From: Zygnema circumcarinatum SAG 698-1b
Lineage: Eukaryota; Plantae; Zygnematophyceae
DNA: 64,000 nt
Reading direction: 5' to 3'
Assembly (NCBI GenBank): GCA_037447605.1
Contig: CM074812.1
Coordinates: forward strand, 2,728,001-2,792,000
The notes beneath the pieces were generated by a model, which was not told the DNA's origin, searched no databases, and saw nothing but the letters and a program-made list of their open reading frames with translations. Every line of letters starts with the position of its first letter. Positions within the stretch are counted from its first letter, which is position 1. The position numbers and the translations under genes are program-made. Of this stretch, positions 57,127-64,000 are shown piece after piece.

Positions 57127-60100
57127 NNNNNNNNNNNNNNNNNNNNNNNNNNNNNNNNNNNNNNNNNNNNNNNNNNNNNNNNNNNNNNNNNNNNNNNNNN
57201 NNNNNNNNNNNNNNNNNNNNNNNNNNAGGGACTCCTAGATGAGTTCCATGATGGGTCGTTCCGACCGTGGACGGATTCTACGGAGAGACCCATTTCCATG
57301 CGTAGACCGTTCCGTACATCGATGGAGGTGATGAAGTAGACTCCAACTAAAGCGGCGATCCATGCAAGGAGACCGTTGATCCGTTTGGGGAGAATTTTCC
57401 TGGCAACTTCCGCGCAAAACGCCAAGCCTAGGGCTAGGAAGAGGATGCATAGGAGCCCCCAGGTGGGGCCCACTCCCAACCAGCGGGAGAGGATGGAGGG
57501 AGAGGAGAGGAGGTAGTGGGAGAGGAAGAGGAGACTCCCAAAGCCGGTCCCCATTTGGAGGCTACGGAGACAACCGGCACGTGTGAATCGGGGTTGACGT
57601 TGACTGTGGAGGGAGGGAGGGAGGGAGGGAGGGAGGGAGGGAGGGAGGGAGGAGGGGGAGGAGGAGGAAGGAGGGAGGGGAGGGGGAGGGAGGGGAGGGG
57701 GGGAGGGAGGGAGGGAGAGAGGGGGAGGAAGGAGGGAGGGAGGGAGGGAGGGGAGGGGGGGAGGGAGGGAGGGAGGGAGGGAGGGAGGGAGGGAGGGAGG
57801 GAGGGAGGGAGGGAGGGAGGGAGGGAGGGAGGGAGGGAGGGAGGGAGGGAGGGAGGGAGGGAGGGAGGGAGGGAGGGAGGGAGGGAGGGAGGAGGGAGGG
57901 GGAGGGAGGAGGGAGGGAGGAGGAGAGAGGGAGGGGAGGGGGAGGGAGGGAGGGAGGGAGGGAGGGCAGGGAGGGGAGGGAGGGAGGGAGGGAGGGAGGG
58001 AGGAGGAGGGAGGGAGGGAGGGAGGGAGGAGGGGGGAGGGGGAGGGAGGGAGGGAGGGCAGGGAGGGAGGGAGGGCAGGGAGGGGAGGGAGGGAGGGGAG
58101 GGAAGGAGGGAGGGAGGGAGGGAGGGAGGGAGGGAGGGAGGGAGGGAGGGAGGGAGGGAGGGAGGGAGGGGGAGGGAGGGAGGGAGGGAGGGAGGGAGGA
58201 GGGGAGGGAGGGAGGGAGGGAGGGAGGGGAGGGGGAGGGAGGGAGGAGGGAGGGAGGGAGGGAGGGAGGGAGGGAGGGAGGGAGGGAGGGAGGGAGGGGA
58301 GGAAGGGAGGGAGGGAGGGGAGGGGGGGAGGGAGGGAGGGAGGGAGGGAGGGAGGAGGGCAGGAGGGCAGGAGGGAGGGAGGGAGGGAGGGAGGGAGGGA
58401 GGGAGGAGGAAGGGAGGGAGGTAGGTAGGCAGGGAGGAAGGAGGAAGGGGGGCAGGGAGAGATTATGAAGGAGAGGGGGAAGAGGGAGATGGAGAGGCAG
58501 AGAGAGACGGAGAAGGATAGGAGAAAAACGGAAAGAGAGAGGGCGGGAGAGAGTCAGAATAAGGGGAGGCCCAGAGAGAGACGGACGACGAGGGGTAGAC
58601 AGAGAGCGGGAGAGTGAGAGAGATTACAACAACTTAATGAATGCTCAAGTAATAACTAAGACAAAACAAAAAGGAATGGTAATCAAAATGTAAGAGAGAG
58701 ATGGCCCTCCCTCTCTCTCTCTCTAACTCCCCCTCCCACCCCCTTCCCACTCTTCTACACCTTCGCCTCTTACTCCTTCACATTCAACAATCAATTTTCG
58801 ATTCTTCCTTTGTTCACTCCTATTTTTTACTCTTCTTTATTTTTAACTCTTTCATATCATACATAAAGCATATGATAAAAGGAAAAGAAAACAACTGCAA
58901 AAACCCAATCAAACCAAAACAACCGATAAGAAGAAAATTGAGGGAAATTAATTATAGTAAAAAATAAAAGTGAAGTCAAACGTACGTGAATGGTGCCACG
59001 TCCGAATCATCCGACTCCTCTCCTCCTCCCTCTCTCCCTCCCCCTCTCCCTTCTTCATCCTTCTCCTCTCTCCACGGAACTTCCTCTCCCTCTCCCCATT
59101 TCTTCCCTGACAGCGAAGCTTGCAGCTTATGTACATGTCGTTCCCTTCCATTCACAGTTCCGTTTTCCGTTCCCCGTTCTATGTCTCCCACAAACTCCGT
59201 TCCTTTGTGGGCAATTCCGTTACTGTTTGCAAACCCCCTCCGTTTCCTCTCTCTCTCCTCTCCCTCCCTCCCTCCTCCTACCTCTCCCTCCCTCCCTCCT
59301 CCCTCCTCTCCCTCCCTCCCTCCTCCCGCCTCTCCCTCCCTCCCTCCTCCCTCCTCTCCCTCCCTCCCTCCTCCATCCTCTCCCTCCCTCCCTCCTCCCG
59401 CCTCTCTCTCCCTCCCTTCACTCCCTCTTCTAAACCGAATATAAGCCCAAGGGCCTTTCACTTTTGGGCCCCCAAATCCCCATACAAAAAAGTCTTCTTT
59501 TTTCTTTTCTTCATCGCTTCTCCCTCTCTCACCCTCCCTCTCCCTCTCTCTCTCCTCCTTAGCTCCATTTTCTCGTACCCCAATACCCGAAAATCCCCCA
59601 TTTACTGGACTTGCTCTGTTGTCGATTGACTCCTCACGACTTTTTTTATTTCCGGATTTAGGGCTTACACCCCATTTGTACCCATTTTCAGAAAATTCAC
59701 GATCGGTTAATATTTCTCCATTTTCCATTTTCTGAAGGGAAATTTCAGAATTCGTTTTTTTTCTCCCTTCCCCTTTAACCACCAACTCCAACACTCTACT
59801 AAGCAGCCCTTTCACTCCCCTTTGTCTCTCTCCTCTCTCACTCTTCCCTCCATCCTCTCTCCCCTCTTCCTTTGATCTAGACTCCCTTCTCTCTCTCCTC
59901 TCTCTCCTCTCCCTCTTTCGTCTCTCTCCCCCACTCACATCATCGTCGAAGCTGTTACTCGTGCTCTCCCTACTTCCCTCTTTCTCTTCCTCCTCCCTCT
60001 CTCTGCTTGCCAATCCTTCCTCTCCCTCCCTCCTTTCCAGTTTCACCCCCCATTCTCTCTCTGTCCCCTCTCTCTCCCTCCTCACCTCACCATCAACACT

Positions 60101-61500
60101 GCTACAATCACTATCGTTGACGCATTTGCTCCTCTCCCTTTCCTCCTCATTTTCTCCCTCTCCCTCCTCCCTTCCAACTTCTCTCTCTCCCACCTCTCTC
60201 TCTCCCACCTCTCTCCCACCATCCAAGCTCCCTCTAAAGCTCTTTTCGACGCTATCCTCTCTCTCTGTGTGCTCCATATCATCACTCATAAGAGCCGCCA
60301 CTTCTAAGTCTCCCTCCACCTCTCCCTCCTCTATCTCCTCTCCCTCCCACTCAATCAAATCCTCCAACAATACCACCAAAGCAACACAAATTCCGGGAAT
60401 TATTCCCAAAAAAATTGTTCCCCATAGACTTGCGATTATTGGGTTCCGTCCGGCAGCAGTGAATTCCAAGGCCTGAAAAAGAAAAAAAAAATCAATCAAT
60501 AAAAAAAAAAAAACAAAAAATAACGTGTAATGGTGAGACTTGAAGGGGAGTAAGGAGAGGGGAAGGGAGGGAGCAGCAAAGAATGGGCCTGTCTTGTGGA
60601 AAACAGTACTCCCTCCCCTCTTCCTCCCTCTCTATCCTTCCCTTAGCACCTCCTGCCTCCCGCCCTCCCTCTCATTCCTCCCTCCTCTCCCCTCCGCCTC
60701 CCTCCTCTCCCTTCCCCTTCCTCCTCCCGACCTCCTCACTCCCCCTCTCCTTCCTCTTCTTGTTCCCTCTCTCCCTCCCCTCTCCTCACACCTCCCCTCC
60801 CTTTCTTTCATTCTCCCCTGCCTAATCCGTTCCCTTTCCCACTCCTCTTCCTCCCTCTCCCTCCCCTCTCCCTTCCCTCTCCATCCCGTCTTTCTTCCGT
60901 CACCCTCCCCACTTCCTTCCTCTCCCGTTCCACCCCCTTTCCACTCCCTCCCCTCTCCCTCCCTCCCTCCCTCATTCCCTCCCTGAAGTGGGAATGAGGG
61001 AAGGAGAGGGAGAGAGGGAGGGAGGGAAGGGGGGAGGGGAGAGGGAGGAAGGGAGGAAGGGAGGTAGGGAGGGAGGGAGGGAGGTAGGGAGGGAGGGAGG
61101 GAAGGACGGAGAGAGGGAGGGGGGGAGGGAGGGAGGGAGGGAGAGAGGGAGAGAGGGAGGTAAAGAGGGAGGGAGGGAGGGAGGGAGGCAGGCAGCCATG
61201 AGTCACCTGAAGCAGCAGCAACCCTCCCATAAGTCCGAAGCAAGTCCTCCTTCTCCTTGCTGCCGCCCCCACCCATATTCCCTGGAACACATAGAGCGCG
61301 AGCATGGAACACCCGCTTCCGTTCAGCGTTAAACGGAGAACGGAGTTCTGTGCTGTCCGTTGGCCGGCGAGTCCCACAAGGCCGCCGGCGATGAGGAGGG
61401 CCCGGGAGAGGGGTCGCTCTGACAGAATCTGTCGGAGGTAACTGTGACCGAGGACGATGCCTGCATGGACAGGGAAGGGGGAGAGTGAGAGAGAGAGAGA

Positions 61501-61589
<89 letters not shown>

Positions 61590-62245
61590 AGAGGGAGAGG
61601 GGGGTTGGGAGTGGAGAGAGGGAGTTAGGGGGGGGCGCATAGGGAGGCAGAGAGTGAGAGAGCGAGGGGGGAGGGAGAGGTCGAGCGTCGAGCTGACTGA
61701 TAATGAGAGATGGGGAGGGGGAGAGGGAGAGCTAGAGTAAGAGAAGGAGAGAGAGAGAGAGGGTAAGGGGAGAGAGGGGTGGGAGTGGAGAGAGGGGGAT
61801 AGGAGAGGCATAGGTGACAGAGAGAGAGAGAGAGAGTGAGAGAGAGAGAGAGAGAGAGGGAGAGAGAAAGAGAGAGAAAAAGAGAACGAGAGAGAGAGAG
61901 AAGCGGGAGGGTTCGAGAGGGGAGCTGACTAGTAACGAGAGTTGGGGAGAGCGAGAGGGAGAGGGAGAGCGAGAGAGAGGGGAGAGCGAGAGAGAGAGGA
62001 GAGAGAGTGAGGGGGGGGGAGACTGACCTGGCACAAAGAGATAGAGCAGAAATACAGCCTGCCACGCTCCCCCCTGATTGGCCAGCATGAACCAGTAAAC
62101 ATTGCGCTGTAGCCCAAGCAGGAGGGTCCAAAAGTAGAGCGCTACAGCCGCCTCAGCCGGCAGCTGTAGCAGAGGCCTCAGGGCAGGTCGGCGCAGCCAC
62201 TGCCACTGTGAGCGCTGTAGCACGGAGAGCATGCGGGAGAGGGGC
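54853..62245 (-). CDS. CWH43: CWH43/PGAP2IP-like multi-pass membrane protein with C-terminal endonuclease/exonuclease/phosphatase (EEP) domain; 5' end unresolved
   Basis: In-phase exons 62245-62028, 61460-61207, 60472-58986, 57561 to the N gap (57127-57226), 57051-56828, 56121-56073 and 55479-54853. TM motif [22 protein letters not shown]; EEP motifs [48 protein letters not shown]. Confidence 0.72.
57610..58440. repeat. (GGGA)n-rich purine tract in CWH43-like intron; similar tract at 14200-14790
   Basis: Long runs of GGGA/GGA tetramer repeats. Confidence 0.9.
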
Positions 62246-62901
62246 CTGCAGGGAGGGGGAGGAGTGGGGAGCAGGGGGGGGGAGGGAGAGGGAGGAGAGA
62301 GGAAGTGGAGGGAGGGAGAGGAGGGAAGGGGAGGGGAGGAGGGGGGGGGAGGGGAAGAGGGGGGGGAGGGAGAGGGAGGAGAGAGGAAGAGGAGGGAAGG
62401 AGAGGAGGGAAGGAGAGGGGGGGAGGAAGGGGGAGGGAGGGGGAGGAGAGAGGAAGAGTAGGAAGGGAGAGGAGGGAAGGAGAGGGGGGGGGGAAGGGAA
62501 AGGGAGGAAGACAGAGGGTGGAGGGAATGGAGGGAGTGGAGGGAGAGGGAGGAGGGATGGGGAATGGGAGAGGAGGGTTGGAGAGGGGGGAGGGAGAGGA
62601 GGGATCAAGGGAGAGAGCGGAGCGCAAGGGAGGAGGACAAGGAGGGGTAGGACGGAGAAAGGAGAGAGAGGAACGAGGAGGAAGAGCGGGAGAGAATTAG
62701 AACGAAAAAGTGAGGGAGAAAGTATGAAATTTCTTTTCGAAATTGGCAAAAAAAAAGGGTCCCTCTGTCTCTCTATCTGTCTTCCTCGCCCTCTCCCTCC
62801 TACTCTCTGCTTTTCTTTGTCACTCTCTCTCTCGCTTTCACTGTCCCTCTACCTTTCCCTCTCTCTCCCTCTCCCTGTCTCTCCCTCTCTCGCTCCCTCT
62901 C

Positions 62902-62932
<31 letters not shown>

Positions 62933-63352
62933 AACCTGCGAAAGGTGTGGTTTAATCTCCCTGTGATCGATCAATTCTCTCCATTCTCTCCTCTCTCTAT
63001 TTTCTATATGTATATTCTTATAAAATATTTAGCAGACAGAAAAAGATTTCAAATGGATTCTCATTGGCTTAAGTTTAGTTAACTACTCAAAACATTAAAT
63101 GACTAAACTTTCTCTTCTTTGACCAAATTTAACTTTTTCCTATGGAGTCCAGAATAAAGAATGCTTATTTTTCCGTTCTTTATTTTTTCGTTTGTTATAT
63201 ATTTTTTTTTTTGCCATGTTTGGAACCACATCACCACATAGGGTTTGGATCGTCCTCTTTTTTGATGATCTAAAGTTGATCCGATAAGTTTGGATAGGTG
63301 GAACCGAATCAAGTCTTTACCCTCAAATGCAATACAAAAAGAGAGAGGGAGC

Positions 63353-63408
<56 letters not shown>

Positions 63409-64000
63409 GAGACAGAGAGAGGGGGAGAGAGAGGGGGGGCAGAGAGGGAGGGGGGAAAAGAGAGAGCGGGGGAGGGAGAGATAGAGGGAAAAAGAGGGAG
63501 GGGGAGAGAGCGAGAGGGAAAGAGAGATATGGAGAGAGAGAGAGGGAGAGAGAGATGGGGGTAGAGAGAGAGGGGGGGGGGAAGAGAGAGCGGGGGAGGG
63601 AGAGATAGAAGGAAAAAGAGAGAGGGGGAGAGAAAGAGGGAAAGTGAGAGTGGGGGAGAGAGAGCACACCTCTGCGAAGGGTTTCCCGAGTAGCATGGCG
63701 GACTTTCGCCTTGCGAGGGAAAGTGTGGAGAGCGCGGCAGCGGGATGTCAAAGCGGTAGAGCGAAGCCCAGCGGGGGAGGCGGGGAGAGGGAGAGGGGGA
63801 GGGACAGGGAGAGGGAGAGGAGGGAGGGAGGAGGGGGACAGAGGGAGAGGGGGAGGGAGAGGCGAAGGGAGAGAAAGGGGCACGTGGGGAGGGAGAAGAG
63901 AAGGGAGAGGGAGGGGCATGTGGGGAGGGAGAGGGAGAGGGAGAAGGAGAAGGAGAAGGAGAGGGAGGGGGAGGGGTTGAGGGAGGGGGAGGGGGTGAGG

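Overview
Eukaryotic nuclear DNA from a green plant lineage. The SnRK2 kinase, plastid EF-P, DUF1442 and RMR gene models, GT-AG introns, introns filled with GA/CT microsatellites and TTTAGGG-like tracts suggest a streptophyte alga or early-diverging plant (inference). Most long ORFs in the six-frame track are read-throughs of microsatellite and are not real. By following splice sites and codon phase I reconstructed eight gene models: a 5'-incomplete orphan gene with a His-rich tract (-, 3000-6270); an MSP1/ATAD1-type AAA+ ATPase (-, 12439-18377); a SnRK2 kinase (+, 21442-28126); a DUF1442 protein (+, 30641-32345); a PA-TM-RING RMR receptor (-, 36225-39849, middle exons missing); plastid elongation factor P (+, 42354-46277); an intact Harbinger-transposase-derived ORF lacking most of its catalytic core (+, 49731-50579); and a CWH43/PGAP2IP-like membrane protein with a C-terminal EEP domain (-, 54853 to at least 62245). 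Intergenic DNA holds TA-flanked MITEs, two Mutator-like foldback elements with 9-bp TSDs and nested insertions. The most striking signal is a tandemly duplicated 99-nt exon 8 in SnRK2, with only 56 nt between the copies, which is the architecture of mutually exclusive splicing. Partial exon or donor duplications also occur in the RMR and AAA genes. No rRNA, tRNA or CRISPR array was seen. Several 10-N gaps and one 100-N gap limit interpretation.
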